A DNA stretch of 63,058 nt, the filler included, from Rhabdomonas costata (taxonomy: Eukaryota): assembly GCA_019059605.1 (NCBI GenBank). It is 52 parts of 52 records of this genome, joined end to end, with 100 filler letters (N's around TTAATTAATTAA, not from the genome) between each part and the next. Parts side by side here need not be neighbours in the genome. Positions count along the whole stretch, not along the records: positions 1 to 1,115 come from JAHMHO010027850.1; positions 1,216 to 2,330 come from JAHMHO010027851.1; positions 2,431 to 3,545 come from JAHMHO010027852.1; positions 3,646 to 4,760 come from JAHMHO010027853.1; positions 4,861 to 5,975 come from JAHMHO010027854.1; positions 6,076 to 7,189 come from JAHMHO010027855.1; positions 7,290 to 8,404 come from JAHMHO010027856.1; positions 8,505 to 9,619 come from JAHMHO010027857.1; 44 more parts are not named here. One strand, given 5' to 3'. The translations under genes and the position numbers were made by a program. Positions 1-13,526 of this stretch are shown in pieces. Each line of letters begins with the position of its first letter. Within the stretch, counting starts at the first letter, position 1. The notes below the pieces were generated by a model that saw nothing but the letters and a program-made list of their open reading frames with translations, searched no databases and was not told the origin of the DNA.

Positions 1-57
1 GGGGGGTGCGCCTAGGGCCGCCAGGGGTGAAATCCGAACTCTCAAGAACGCACAGAC

Positions 58-472
58 GTGTCGGGACATACCTACAAAGAGTACATGCAAGCATTGGGAG
101 CCCATGGAGGCGATGCGCACGCGCACTGGGACACCGCCCGATCCCTGCTAAGCAGTAAGGAAGCCACGACCAGTGCTCCCTTCTTTTCTGGTGGGGAAAA
201 CCAGCCTTCTTCCAGGGGCAGGTTGTGTGCGGTTCGCAGGGGACGACCAGGGCTTCGTGTCGGTGTGGTTCCTGGGGCAAGCCCTGGCGAAGCTCTTCCG
301 AGAGGAGCAGGCCAGGATGCCGCGGCTGGTGTTCTGCTGGAAGGCCCACCACAGCGCCGTCACCGCGATGCGCGTGCTACCCTCTGAGCCCCGCGCGGTG
401 ATCACGGGCTCCACGGACGGCGCGGTGTACATCTGGAGCTACGTCGGGGAGTTCCTGGGTGCTTTGGAGCAG
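58..472 (+). CDS. WD40-repeat protein, two exons (<58-154, 216-472)
   Basis: AHHSAVTAM...VITGSTDGAVYIWS WD40 motif; GT-AG intron 155-215 keeps phase; donor GT at 473. Confidence 0.75.
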
Positions 473-1115
473 GTCCGTGCACCCCCCCCCCCTTCCCTTT
501 GGATACTGTCTGCCGTGTTCGCTGTGGCGTGCCTGTTAAGCAGAGGGTGAATGCTTCCCGTCCGGAAGTAAAGCTTCGGCTTCAAATGAAACTTCAGTTA
601 GCGCAGGAATTGCATCTGAAGGCAAACTCGTCGCAGTGGGGTTCCATCACGCAACACATGGGAAGTGAGAAGTGTGGGAAGTGGGAAGTGAGGTTTTTAA
701 TGAGGTCTGAATGGGCAGGGAAAAGCAGCAAGAGACATACTGTAACTTCTATTGTATATTATCTTTGGTGAATCTGTCTCTCTCAGTGTGAATATGTCGT
801 CTCGCTCATTATTCGATTCACAAGTGCTTCATTACATCAAAACATTTTTATGTTTTCGTATGGTGCAGAAAGAAGAAAACAACACCGTCGAAGGAAAAGT
901 ACAACGTCAGCAGGTTCACAGCGCAGTGCTTAAGCAAAATGATACCGATGCGCATCTCTCACCGTTCCCGGTTCTCCCTCCCCACAGGGCCGCACTGTGG
1001 TCCCTCTGCGGCAGCACCGGGCGTACAACTTCTACGGGGCGCCATCGCAGCGGCCCTCCACCCCGGAGCCCTCCAGCAGCCGCTCCCCTAAGAAGCACAA
1101 CCGCTCCCCACACCC

Positions 1116-1215
1116 NNNNNNNNNNNNNNNNNNNNNNNNNNNNNNNNNNNNNNNNNNNNTTAATTAATTAANNNNNNNNNNNNNNNNNNNNNNNNNNNNN
1201 NNNNNNNNNNNNNNN
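1116..1215. other. Artificial contig spacer (N44-TTAATTAATTAA-N44); first of about 51 identical spacers
   Basis: Identical 100-nt linker recurs every ~1214-1215 bp; TTAATTAATTAA puts stops in all six frames; contig lengths fall from 1115 to 1113. Confidence 0.98.
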
Positions 1216-1677
1216 GTAGTGGCGGAAAACCTGAGAGAAGGCAGAGCGATGGTTTTGGAAGTCAGCTGGACCGCATTGATTACCGATGGGGTCAGAGGGG
1301 AAACCGGAGTCAAAGGCGGAAGTGATAGAAAAGCTGTGATACCAACAAGGGCTCAGTCCGTTCCAAAGCACAGCAGCAAACCAAAAAGAGAGGGAAAGGC
1401 AGGGTTGGTAGTGAGTTCAGGTGTGCATTAATATATAGTTTGGATGTCGTTAAAGCGCAGCGATAGAGACAAAGTCACAAAAGACGAGCCGAGCACACTC
1501 GCAAAACACAATCGTGATGCATCGCTGCTTCGCAAATGTGCGTCGTGATTGCTTTCCTCAGGCACAAGGGTGTCAGATGTGGTTAAGCAAGTCCTCTCTA
1601 CTAGAATGAGGTTTATGATCCTCATTTGATGTCCTCTGGATCCATTGAATGCGGTGTAACGTCTTAAACAAACACAC

Positions 1678-1937
1678 CCCAGGTCCTCCAGCTTCTTTAC
1701 AATCTGCCCTGGCCTCACTGCCGTGCCACGGCCGCCACTGCTGGTGATGGCCGTAGGCCACACCTTCACCACTCCTGTGCTGAAGCTCACCGCACAACGT
1801 GCCACCCCGGGGAGGCCCTCCAGCGCCAGCTCAATCCGCCGCGCACAGGAGCTGCACGACATCCCCGTGACCAGGAAGCTCCTCGCCGCAGCCCCAGCCC
1901 CGGAGGTGGTGGGGGTCGCCTCCACACACGGCTCCGC
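1678..1937 (-). CDS. Heavy-metal-associated (HMA) domain exon, probably a Cu-transporting P1B ATPase
   Basis: FLVTGMSCSSCARRIELALEGLPGV...IVKKLEDLG (GMxCxxC); polypyrimidine-AG acceptor and GT donor. Confidence 0.85.
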
Positions 1938-3709
1938 CTGGGGTGGCAGAAGAGGAGAGGCAACACAAACCATCTTCACAGCTTGAGTCAGAAGCAAGGT
2001 CTTTGAATTATTACTCATTACGACTCATGGTTTACGAAGGTTGCATAAGTTTTTTGATACATCCCAAATACAAACGAACTATCGACCCCAAGTTTGGCAG
2101 TAACGCCGCTAATTTGCCTGTAAACTGGGTGGCGCGAGCAATGCTAGAATAGAATGTTAGAATCACGACAATTCTTGCAAGTCATTTTCTTATGAGGTAA
2201 ACAAGTCCTCCTTCCACGTTCTGGTCGTGAACAGGTGAACCTCTCTTGAGGCTCACATCAACAAACTTGACAAGGCAGTTTCTAACTAAAATGTAGGTAG
2301 TTGGGTGTTCACAGTCTCGCGCCACACAACNNNNNNNNNNNNNNNNNNNNNNNNNNNNNNNNNNNNNNNNNNNNTTAATTAATTAANNNNNNNNNNNNNN
2401 NNNNNNNNNNNNNNNNNNNNNNNNNNNNNNTTTTGGGGGTAGGCTTCCCGGCTAGCGGTCACAAAATCATTCTTCTCGCGCCCGCGCTAAGCTCCAACCC
2501 CCGCAAAACGCCCCGGAAAACGGGTCACAGCCGCAGGGTGTGGTTTTCGATAAGCCTGCTCTTCAACCTTCTTGCATACGGGCCAGGACAAGTGAATTTG
2601 TGACCGCTAGCCGGGAAGCCTACCCTCAAAATGTACAAGCAGCGCCAGTCATCGCCATCACCGACTTCAAGAATAAGCATAACTTCCTGGTACATTTCTG
2701 TCTTTGCTATCAACTACATCTGCATCTGTCACTGCGACAGGCAAGTGGCGGACCATGCAAATTATGCTGAGAGTGTTCTCAACAGCACTGGTGCGAGTGG
2801 AACTCACTTACAGACCTCGTTCACTGCGTCGACCAAAACGACATAGTCCGGAGACGCAGCCGAAGCCTCCGCCTGGGGGTTTGGGGTAGCAACTGGTGTC
2901 ATGACAGAGGCTTTCACAGACTCAGCCAAGGGCTCCGGAGGAGCAACTGCCCCTTTCGCTGCAGCAAGGTTGGCAGCAGTTACCGCGGCTCGGGTCACAG
3001 TGGTAGCGAAGATGGCACTCCTCTATCAAGAACACAGCACAAAAAGTACAACAATAAAGAGAGCGCGCACGATAGCAATCAACGACGCCGAACCTTCCGG
3101 ACTGAATTCTGGAAGGGCGGATAAAGGCTAACCATGACATAACAAGCAAAAGCACTGATGAGCCACCTCCAACCTCAAAGCCTCAGTATGCACGGTTCTG
3201 GAGAAGCAGTTGCCTCCGCCTTCTTTCTGGGAGTTTCAAAGCGAAGAAGAGAAGAAGAAGAAGAGTTTACCCGGCGATCACACCAAATATTACTCGGGCT
3301 GCGTGTTGGCTTGGGCACGAAGCGCGCTGGTGGTTGCCTGACCGCTTGTTGGTGACAACTGTGAACTCTCAGGGGAGACACTCAAGAACACAGACACGCA
3401 CTGGGACAAGAGTGCGAAGGCGATGCACCTACGCACTGGGACCCCGCCCGATCATAAGTGCTGCGCTGGGGGGGCCCTACTTAGAAATAAGATACGACGT
3501 CCAAAATAATAAGCCACACACCTGGCGGCATTTCTCCCAACAACANNNNNNNNNNNNNNNNNNNNNNNNNNNNNNNNNNNNNNNNNNNNTTAATTAATTA
3601 ANNNNNNNNNNNNNNNNNNNNNNNNNNNNNNNNNNNNNNNNNNNNTAAAGTTTTTCAGTCACACTGTACCCAGCGTGCAGTGATTCGCGCGAGCCCCAGC
3701 CAGTTGGGG

Positions 3710-4580
3710 TCAAGTCCTCGACCCGTGCGGGGCTGGAGAGGAGGAGGACCGCGCAGTTTTGCCCCCAACCAACTGTTGATCAACCTCACCCAGGCACTGC
3801 TCCATAAACAGTAGCATGCTGTTGAGCTCCTCCGCTCGCCGAAGCCCTGCAGCGATGTCAATCGGCACACCCTGGTCGCCGCTATGCTGAGCTTTCTGAG
3901 TGAACAGAACAGAAGGAGGGATTTGTCCATATATGCACATCTGAGCAGTCGGGGGGATGGGGGGCCTATGCATCATCATGCGGTGAGCAACTAACTCAGA
4001 CTTATCCCAAAACAGCACGGCAACCTGGATACTTCCGGCAGGTTAAAGTGTTAACACCACATGGAGAAGCTCATTATTCCCATGATGTATCATGTGCATG
4101 CGCTGTGTGGCGTGTGCATGCGCTTGCTTTGGCAACTTCTGACCACCTTGTGCGTGTTTGTGTAAGGGGGCAAAAGTTTGGTGAAGTTACTGGCACGAAA
4201 CCCTCCCCCAGGAAAACAACCATCACCACTGAAACGTTCTTCTCATGGAATGCTACGGCGTATTCAAACAACAGCTCGCCGGTCGGAAGACTGACTGCAT
4301 ATTTTCTGGTCCCATCTCACAAAAAGGAAATTACCTGCACAAGCTTCGTCAGTGCTTTCAAGTGGTAATGCTGGGTGTCCCCCAGCAAGGCCCTGGCGAC
4401 CGCAAAAAGGGGCTCACGGCCCAGCTGGGTGGCGTCTGGAGAGACCGAGACTTCGGCCACGGAGGCCAGCAGGGCGAAGTCGGTGGGGAAGCCCCGCACT
4501 ATGTCATGCACAAGTTCCGGGGTGAGCTCCTCCCGAGAGAGCTTCCGGAGCACCCGGTCACAGGCAGCGGAGAGCCGAAG
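3710..4580 (-). CDS. Hypothetical protein, last two exons (~4580-4335, 3940-3710)
   Basis: GC-rich helical-looking frame ending KLVQ|gtaatt, in phase with ctcag|ATGTGC exon running to a stop; no family recognised. Confidence 0.45.
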
Positions 4581-5090
4581 TCTGGAAGAAGGGGAACGAA
4601 GAAAGTGAGTGAGAGCTTGTGAGCTGATGTACCCGAAGGATGACTACTGACGGCGGGCTCTGCTATCGTTGGGCCTCCATGGCTGCCTCTCTTTCGCAGT
4701 GGATGTCGGCCGCAAATTCTCTTCGGTGCTGCAGCCATTCTTCGCGATGCAAAAACGTGANNNNNNNNNNNNNNNNNNNNNNNNNNNNNNNNNNNNNNNN
4801 NNNNTTAATTAATTAANNNNNNNNNNNNNNNNNNNNNNNNNNNNNNNNNNNNNNNNNNNNGGTTGTGTGTGTGTCGTTTGTCCTCAAAATGTCCCAACCG
4901 AAAAAAAAGCTGATTTTACCTGTACGTGTACCGCTAACCCTCTAACCTGTCGTCCCATGACCTCTCTCATGCGCTGGCCCACCATTGAATCAGTCGCATG
5001 ACTGGCGAAGGCAGCTTTCAAGATGAATAGCTGACCCAACAATATGTTCGCCCTGTCTTCGTCTTTGTTCTGCTTCTGTTCTTTCGTCAG

Positions 5091-5404
5091 GCTGGGATGA
5101 AATGCCAGATCTTCCTACTGCTCGACCAGGCCACTCGCCTGGGCGCTGTGGAGCGGAATAACCAGGACGTCAGCGATAACATTTCCCACACCAACATGCT
5201 GCTGATTGTGCTGTTCGTGGTGGTGCTCGTCGCGGCCTGCGCGGCGGCCGTGGTAATCTCCACGGCGCTGAGCCGGCCCCTGCAGAACCTGACCCAGGGC
5301 ATGAACAAGCTGGCCGTGCTGGACTTGGGCGAGGTGCAGCGCAGCGAGAGCTCGGTGTTCGCGGAAGTGCGGGCGTGCCAAAAGTCCTTCGTTGCGCTGA
5401 ACAG
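5091..5404 (+). CDS. Transmembrane + HAMP domain exon, receptor-type adenylate/guanylate cyclase-like
   Basis: TM helix followed by ISTALSRPLQNLTQGMNKLA...SVFAEVRACQKSF (HAMP pattern); AG/GT boundaries. Confidence 0.7.
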
Positions 5405-6879
5405 GTCATGTTTAAGGGAGGGGGGTTCCCATCCGGCTTTCGTTCTATATTTGCTGTAGCCAGGCTGTTCCCTTTCCCCAATTTTTGTTATGGCGAAGTG
5501 TGTGTTTGAAGCGAAGTATTTTTTAAAACAGAGCTGGTTTTAAACTGACTTGCGTGTTTGGTTTGTGTTGACTCGGCCGGAGCAGTGCTTCAGTTGGCCC
5601 ATACTAAACAGGCGAGACTCTCTGTTTAACTTTGGTCTTTGCTGAGCAGAGGGGTTTTGAGTGGTTTAACGATGTTATGTGATTTACGCTTGGAGGCAGA
5701 AGCACCTACGCATCAACACTGCCATGTGATGCAGTGCTGGTGGCGAGCGCATACATGGCCGTACACCACCATTTGCGAACGCCGTTTACCCCTACCCCAC
5801 CCAGAGAATACATATGGGACTTTTGTGAGAACGAAGCGAAACCATGGCCTGTAGGATGCCCGTTTGGCCCAGCGTCTGTGTGCCTCAGGGACCAGCGTAA
5901 GGCTACTCTTTGCCAGAGTTTTGCCTTATGTCAAGAAACCGCCCCGCAGGAGTTAGTGTGATGAAAAAACCACCCNNNNNNNNNNNNNNNNNNNNNNNNN
6001 NNNNNNNNNNNNNNNNNNNTTAATTAATTAANNNNNNNNNNNNNNNNNNNNNNNNNNNNNNNNNNNNNNNNNNNNTGTTTACTATGAAGAGCATTTTTTT
6101 AGATTGAGTTTTGACAGCTATATCAAGAACTAACTTCAGCCATCGGGTCGCTCCGTGCTGAAACTTTCGGATGAGTTGACAACTCACAGTAATATTTTGC
6201 TTTGAGAAAATGGCGCGTCATCTCAGAAGTATAAAACTAAGAGGTGGGGGTGGACACAACCAACAGGCCGAAAAGGTAAAAACCTGTTTTTTCACCACCC
6301 CCTTTTAGCATCCCTAGTCCTAAAATGATTTAGAGTCCACTTTTTCGGTCGTGCCTTGTGGAGGTGACGCGGGTCATATAGCCATGGACACGCTTATCTG
6401 AATAACCACAAACCTGAGGCAAAACATGCTGAAACTCCTAGAATAACACGAAAACAGATAACCTATTGAATTTGTAGCCAACCTACCTCAATTTTCAGTA
6501 TTAGGTCCTCAAAATCAGCACTTCACAAGGATGCCTGCATGGTTTGCTCACAGAAACTCAATTCTTCTCGTTTTGGTGCGCACGTGCAGCACGTGCCAAG
6601 ATAAAAAGTCCAAGAACCAAAAAGAAAGATAAAATTCCATGCCAATTATTTACCCCCCCCCAAAAAAAACTCCTATTTAGGTAAAAATTGCCCCAAATTT
6701 TGCACAGCTTGTGCGCATTCCCCAGCTATCCAAACTAACGTGTCCACAGCAATACTGGGTATAATCTGAAGGATTCACACGGGAGAGGAAAGAAAAGCAT
6801 GAAGCGATATTGGATGAAAGGTCATCACTGGCTCTGAAGGACGGAGGCTGAGGTGAAGCTACATCGCACAGAGGCACAC

Positions 6880-7065
6880 CTTGGGGTCGTAGCTCAGTTC
6901 AACGGGAAAGCGTCCCCACTCGTGGTGCGCAAATTTGTCAAAGAATCGAGGCAGAAACTTTGACAGAAACTCCACGGGCATCTCGCAGGTGAGCAGATCT
7001 TCATTCTCCTGGCACACTTTCGCCACCAGCAGCATCCATGCAACGCCCCCGGGAAAGCCATAAAT
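6880..7065 (-). CDS. Poly(A) polymerase central-domain exon (not in ORF track)
   Basis: IYGFPGGVAWMLLVAKVCQ...FFDKFAHHEW resembles canonical PAP GFLGGVSWAMLVARTCQ...FFxxFSxWEW; catag acceptor and aag|gt donor, 186 nt. Confidence 0.75.
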
Positions 7066-7892
7066 CTATGTCATGCGAAACATGTATTGAGGGCGGGGGG
7101 TGCAGGACGCTCACGGGTCTTTCTTCTTATCGGAAACCCACCGGAATCCGAAAAGAAGAAAGACCCGTGAGCGTCCTGCACCCAACACCNNNNNNNNNNN
7201 NNNNNNNNNNNNNNNNNNNNNNNNNNNNNNNNNTTAATTAATTAANNNNNNNNNNNNNNNNNNNNNNNNNNNNNNNNNNNNNNNNNNNNGTTGGTGTGTT
7301 TGGGTTGTGGGGGGTTGAGGCGAGGGTGCTTTTCGTTTATTAGTAGCTGGGTTAAGCGTCCTCTTTTTTCATTTTTTGTTCTGTTAGCTTCTCAGCAAAG
7401 GGGTAAGATAAACTGTGCCAGAACCTGCAGCATGATAAAATTAGACAAAAACCCATTCGATATACCGTGTCAGTGCCCCAGATTAAGTTACTTTGGTTTA
7501 TGGGGTTTGGAAAATTCTGGACCACTTTACGGCGTTAAACGTTTAATGCCCACCCACACATACACTCTCCAGTAACCCCCTCCCCCCTCTCAACGTACAG
7601 TGTTTGACATCGTACTGCCACCTACCTTTGGGAAGCCTTTTCCAATTTTGGAATCCCTTGACACAGTCATGGGAGACAGGCACTGGACAGGACAAGCCCA
7701 CTGCTTTCTTTTAATCAAGACAGTGGAAGCAAATGAGAAGGACCCTATTCAAATCGACCTTTCCCATAAACACATCCGTGTTGAGGTCACTCATCTGGTT
7801 CACTGACAGTTCCCTGATATGCCCTTCAAAAGTGCAGAGCGGTGGTGTGCATTTGACAAGCCCCCTTCCCCTTGAAACTCCACAAACTCCAC

Positions 7893-8210
7893 CTGCAGCA
7901 CGGTCTTCAGGGTATCCACAGGCATCAGCAGGACCCGGCTCAGTGCGGCCGCGGTGCTGGCCACAACCGTCTTCACCGCGATGGGGATCGCCGCCGTGGT
8001 GGCAAAGCTGTCGAGGACGTACAGCACCCCGACATTGGAGGCCGTGTCGCAGAACCGGCTGAGAGGGCCCTGGACTAGAGCAGGCAGAAAGCCCTGGTAG
8101 AACCGAGGGATCCCCCCGTCGGCGTAAAGCAGGGCCAGGGCCTCCGAAAGGGCGTAGCCATGGCGGTACTGAAAGCTGAGGGTTGTCCGCAGCCACATGA
8201 AGATCAAAAC
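7893..8210 (-). CDS. Mitochondrial carrier family (SLC25) exon
   Basis: GGIPRFYQGFLPAL and PVDTLKTVLQ (PxDxxK) signatures; AG/GT boundaries, 318 nt. Confidence 0.88.
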
Positions 8211-8908
8211 CTGGGGAGGAAGAGCGAGTCATCGGAAAGAATTGGAAATGACTATGACGAATGGCGGAAGCTGGTCCATAGCTAAGTGGGGAAGCCCGAT
8301 AGAAAGGCAGGAGGCGGGAGAATCAACTTTATACGAACGAACGTGACACTAAAACACAGGTACCCCACGAAAGATGGACGAACACACAATCCGCAAAAAA
8401 AAACNNNNNNNNNNNNNNNNNNNNNNNNNNNNNNNNNNNNNNNNNNNNTTAATTAATTAANNNNNNNNNNNNNNNNNNNNNNNNNNNNNNNNNNNNNNNN
8501 NNNNTGGGTTGTGTTGGGTGAGTTTGTTGGGTGGGGGGTGGAGGAGGGCGCTGATGGTTTCTCTGGGCCTCCGGAGGAAAAGGCTGCCCTCGATATTCCG
8601 TCGGTTGCAGGCTACTGTGACTACTCGGAGATGCAAGTGGATGGCGCAGCCAGTGAGGTGTGCTGCGCAGATACAAGCAGACCAACGTGCAAGGCATGCC
8701 CTCCTGGATATCGCACGCGCATGCTTGTTCACGACAGTTTCACTGAAACATCACTTAACAAATTTATCCGCTGAACGCACGCATACCTCGTGTGAAGCTG
8801 GCAATTCGCCTCCATTGCAACCATGCATCATTTGGGACTCTCAGCAAAGCTTGTCTCCGACCTGGCTGACCTTTTCAGGAGACGTGTTTCTCAATTTTAT
8901 TCTTCCAG

Positions 8909-9610
8909 GGATTGCCAGGCATGGCTGCGGGCCACGACAGCTGCCCCGAGGTTCTTCCCGAAACCGCTTCCTCGTCATCTTCCCCACAGCCTGCGCTGGC
9001 GCCCGTTGGCGTGGTTGTGGATCCCCGGCCTGTGCTTCGCCGGTTGTCATCGCGATGCAGCAATGAAGGAACGGGGGCCACTCGCAGCGAGGGGGAGGCC
9101 GTGGAGGGTGCAGCGGAAGCGGTGCGCAGGCTTCGCGTGATGTGGGAGTTCGCCCTGGTGCTTCATTTCGTGCAGGAGCTGCTGCTTCCCTATTTGGACC
9201 TGCCCCGGGTTCCGGCAGAGGACATCGTATGGCGAGAGCGGATTCTTGGGACGAAGTTTTCCCGGTTTTCTTTGGCAAGAATCGAAGAGCTGCGGTGGGA
9301 ATAACCCTTTGCTTACCTGTGCGTGGTTTTTATAACGGTGTTGTGCATCCAAAATGTTACTCCATGGGCGACTTGTCACGGGGGTAGGAATGCACCCTTT
9401 TTCCTGAGGTGGCTGGAGGTGCCCTTTTTTTTAGCACCTTCAACTCCCATCGAAGTGGGAATTGAGCCTTGCTCTTTGGTACCCCCTACCCTCCGTTGCC
9501 CTGTCCCCTGCTGCGCACTCAGGAAGCGAGCCTGGCTCTTCCCTGGGACAGCCTCACGCCCTACCACTGCGAGCTCCTCACCGAGCTGCACCGCCTGCTC
9601 CTCGGCGACC
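8909..9610 (+). CDS. DDT-domain chromatin protein, two exons (8909-9226, 9523->9610)
   Basis: LRVMWEFALVLHFV...LDLPRVPAEDI|EASL...LLTELHRLLL matches the DDT domain pattern (CECR2/RSF1/DDR4-type); gtatgg donor, ctcag acceptor, phase 0. Confidence 0.65.
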
Positions 9611-9724
9611 ACACAAACCNNNNNNNNNNNNNNNNNNNNNNNNNNNNNNNNNNNNNNNNNNNNTTAATTAATTAANNNNNNNNNNNNNNNNNNNNNNNNN
9701 NNNNNNNNNNNNNNNNNNNGGGGG

Positions 9725-9935
9725 TGTGGGGAGGGAAGGCGGATGCCGCCCAGAACTCCACAGTGTAGTTGGTGGCGTTGGGAATCCCGTTGAAGTGGTT
9801 CAGAAACGCAACGCTGCTGTTGTGGGGAAGGAAGAGCGACATGTCGGGCAGTGCTGCCAAGTCTGTAGTTCCGTCCGCCGTCAGCAGCGCTGTCAGTCCA
9901 CAAAGAGTCACAAAACCCAAGAAAAGGTACCGCAT
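9725..9935 (-). CDS. Possible secreted protein N-terminus (signal peptide; LamG-like NYTVEFW)
   Basis: MRYLFLGFVTLCGLTALLTA hydrophobic leader, several NxS/T sites, TVEFW motif. Confidence 0.35.
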
Positions 9936-12018
9936 TGTTTTTGGAAATGTATATCAGAATTGATGAATAAAAATAGCATAAGAAGGAAAAAGACAAAATT
10001 CTTGGGGAAACGACCCCACACACATGCACACGAAAACTCCGCATGAGGATACATTTTGACATCTCCGAGGGGTGGGGCAGCAGTTGATTTGTGCGGATGT
10101 GTGAATGGGATTGATTCATTGTTCATTTTTCTCTTTTGTCTCAGTTAAGCGTGCTCGCGAGGCGAGAATAACAAGGGAACATTATATGTGAAACCTGCAC
10201 ATGACAGCAACGTGGCAAAATATCACGTGCACGTTTCCGGTCCCCACACAAGAATTGAACATGCACCGAGGTCACCCCTTCCCGCACGCGGTCACGCCGC
10301 AGCCGTGGGCTGTAGGGAGCTCATTTCGATATAATAGTGGTGGGCTGAATGGGAATCGTCGCATCTTTGCATTGCAAAATTGTTATCTCTAATCGTGCTG
10401 CAGACAGAGTGTCGTAAGAATCCGAATCCGAAATGTTGGGAGGACACTTGACGGTGGGAGCAATGGCCACAGCGAGCTTGCCCGCTGTGGCCGCGAGATC
10501 AAGGTGTGACAAGCTAATTAGTTATTTTTCCTGCTGCCTCCCCAATCCCGGATTCCCAAGGGTTTCGAAGGAAACAGCCAAGTAAAATGCACATCGTTGC
10601 TGCGCAGCACTGCGCTTCCCTCTTCTTTGAAAGCACGCTCACTTCCTCCCGAAAAGAACAGAGTGAGGCACCCACAGACATCTAAAATGGCTACTACTCT
10701 GGAAGAGGGAGTGCGAAGGGAGAGATAGAGGCAGAGAAAGGACACAGCTCTTCAAACACAGGAAAAAGAAAGCAAGGGGAGGGGGGAAGGAGGAGCGCTC
10801 GAGCGCGGAGGCAGGAAAGAGTGAAACAAAACACNNNNNNNNNNNNNNNNNNNNNNNNNNNNNNNNNNNNNNNNNNNNTTAATTAATTAANNNNNNNNNN
10901 NNNNNNNNNNNNNNNNNNNNNNNNNNNNNNNNNNCTGCTGCCCTGCACGCTACCAAATCAAAACAAACCGTTTTGTTTCCCCTTCCCACCTTTTCGTTCC
11001 TCCTTGTACTGTTTGTTTGTTGCCGAACTCCTGAACTCCGGTGATGAGGATTGTGGTTTTCTTCTTGTTAAAAAAAAAGGAGTTGATGCGAGGCGGAAAA
11101 AGTGAGGAAGCCGAAGTGGTCTACAGGTCGCTAAATCATGCACAGTTATAGTGGGGCGAGAAGACCAGATGAGAGTTGAACACCAAATCCACTTCAGAAG
11201 ATAGGAAGAATAAACGCACAAAAGGCGAGCAAAAAGAGACAAAAGGAGGAGTTGGAATCGGAATTGCCACCAAGGGCATTGGGGGTAGCACACAAACAAG
11301 GAGCAAAAATATTGCTTTTGCGTGGTAGGTTGCGGATGTCGTCACATCTCAGATGAAATATGCAATTTGCCATCTACGGAAAGGGGTAAAGCGACAGACC
11401 GACACATGCGTCTGTCCACTTCCGCTTACAATCAGAGTGCGAGCAACAAGAAGCCCCATTTCTGAGCAGCACAATTCTGAAAACCGTCACCGAGAAGCGA
11501 GAAGCGAGGAAAAAAGAAAGGAAAAAAGAGGGGGGCTGGAATTGAGATGCCGCCGGGAGAGTGCAGCTGCATCCAATCATCGAATCAACGACAAAAGACC
11601 CAAAATTTAATATCATTCGGCCCCACGACTCCGTCGCAACCCCTACTATACACACAGCCCTATTGAATCTCTGCGAAATGAACCACCTTTACCCCGTTCG
11701 GCGGAGTGTCGCCCTAAGCAGGGCCCTCTTGACTCTGCGGGACCGGGACCATTTTCGCATATCGCTGTCCCATGGGAAAGGGAACCACGAGGGCACCCTG
11801 CATGCACATCGGGCACTCCGTCTCAGCCTCAGCCTGGGCCAGCCAGCACTCCTGCAGGGCAAGGGGTGCGTAGGTGCAACGTCTACCCCGCAACTGAAAT
11901 AGCTCGGATAGAGGCCAAGCTCCTACAGGCAAGCCACCGCCTAAATGAGCCAAGAGACGAAGCAGAGATGCTCCGCACAAGATAAGAGATGAACAATCAG
12001 CGAAACACGCCCCATTTC

Positions 12019-12045
12019 CACACACACACACACACACACACACAC
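12019..12045 (+). repeat. (CA)n microsatellite
   Basis: Direct dinucleotide run at contig end. Confidence 0.9.
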
Positions 12046-12830
12046 CCACCNNNNNNNNNNNNNNNNNNNNNNNNNNNNNNNNNNNNNNNNNNNNTTAATT
12101 AATTAANNNNNNNNNNNNNNNNNNNNNNNNNNNNNNNNNNNNNNNNNNNNCAATGCTTGCGGCTGCTGCGGAAGTCAGACAGCCTTTGCAGAGAGGGACC
12201 CACTGCCGCCGGTCGTTGATTGATTTGCAGTCACTTACCCAACCCCTTCCTTCACGGTCGATTTATGTTTGCCTTAAAACCCCGTTATACCGTATGACGA
12301 CGTTACAACGTATAACGGCGTTATATCGTTTAATGCCCCCCCCCCCAAAAAAAAACCGGCCCAAGAGCGAGTCCTGGCACCGCTGCAGCTGGAGAGGGCT
12401 CCGCCGTAGCGGGTCAACCAGCCTAGCGAGACACATGGGAGGGTCGTGCCTTTTTGCGATGGTGGCTACTAATCAGGCGACGTTGTCAGAATACAGCAAG
12501 CAGTGAGTTTTGAAGGTTATTTATTTAACACATGGCCAGTTACCAACAGCAAACAGCAGACTTCAAACATCGAGCAAAGAAAGGGATGGGGGAGTGACAA
12601 TTTCATTTCTATTTCTCGAGAGGATGACATTTTTCGCATCCGTCTTCCGTCGCCTTACAAAAGGCGAAAAGCGGCATCCCCAATATGCACACACTGCATG
12701 CAAAGTTTTTGATAAAACCAGACAGCATTCAGGAACGCGACTGTATGCGACGCGCGCGCGACGGTTTGTGCAAGGACCTTCTTCTTTGACCAAAGTACAG
12801 GTGTGTTTGTTTGTTCGGAGGGAAGCATAC

Positions 12831-13078
12831 GGCCGCGACACGTCCAGGGTAACGTACAGCAACCAGCTGTTCTCCTTCAGCAACAGCAGTAAGGGCTTGA
12901 GGTTTGGAACCAGGACTGAAGCCGAGCCCGTCACCTCGGCACCCGGCCAGCCAAGAATCCCCGAGGAACGCACCAACAGCACAGTGGTGTTGGCAACGGC
13001 CTCTCCACGCTTCACAGTCGCCCCCAGCTGAGAGGCCACACTGGTGATCAGAGTGGCGCGCATTTGTGCAGCGACATC
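12831..13078 (-). CDS. Hypothetical protein internal exon
   Basis: tttgcag|GATGTC acceptor and gtatgc donor enclose an open frame (DVAAQMRATL...YVTLDVSRP). Confidence 0.4.
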
Positions 13079-13526
13079 CTGCAAAGTGGCGCAAATTAAA
13101 AATACGCAGGGCGGCACCACAAACGTCACCGACCTACCGTCACCGTGTCTGCAGATAAAGTCCGTACAAGTGCCGTGGTGGTGTGGTCTTTCGATAAAGA
13201 AGAATAAAAAAGTTCGGCGAGTATGAAAAACCATGAGCAGAAACTCCCGGAAGTTAAACACAAAANNNNNNNNNNNNNNNNNNNNNNNNNNNNNNNNNNN
13301 NNNNNNNNNTTAATTAATTAANNNNNNNNNNNNNNNNNNNNNNNNNNNNNNNNNNNNNNNNNNNNTGTGGGGGTGTGTTGCATCCGTGATGGCTACTTCC
13401 AATGACTCTTGGTGTGTTTCGTGATCTTCCTTATGGCCTGTCATTTGGAGTTATGCCATTTATATGCATTGGATGTTGAGAGATGCGCTGCTGATGGCCC
13501 TCACTGAACACCTTTATCCCGTTCAG

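Noticed and set aside
2437-2625. 29-bp inverted repeat, possible MITE
   Set aside because: One arm is at the contig start, so no target-site duplication can be checked; not separable from fold-back artefact.
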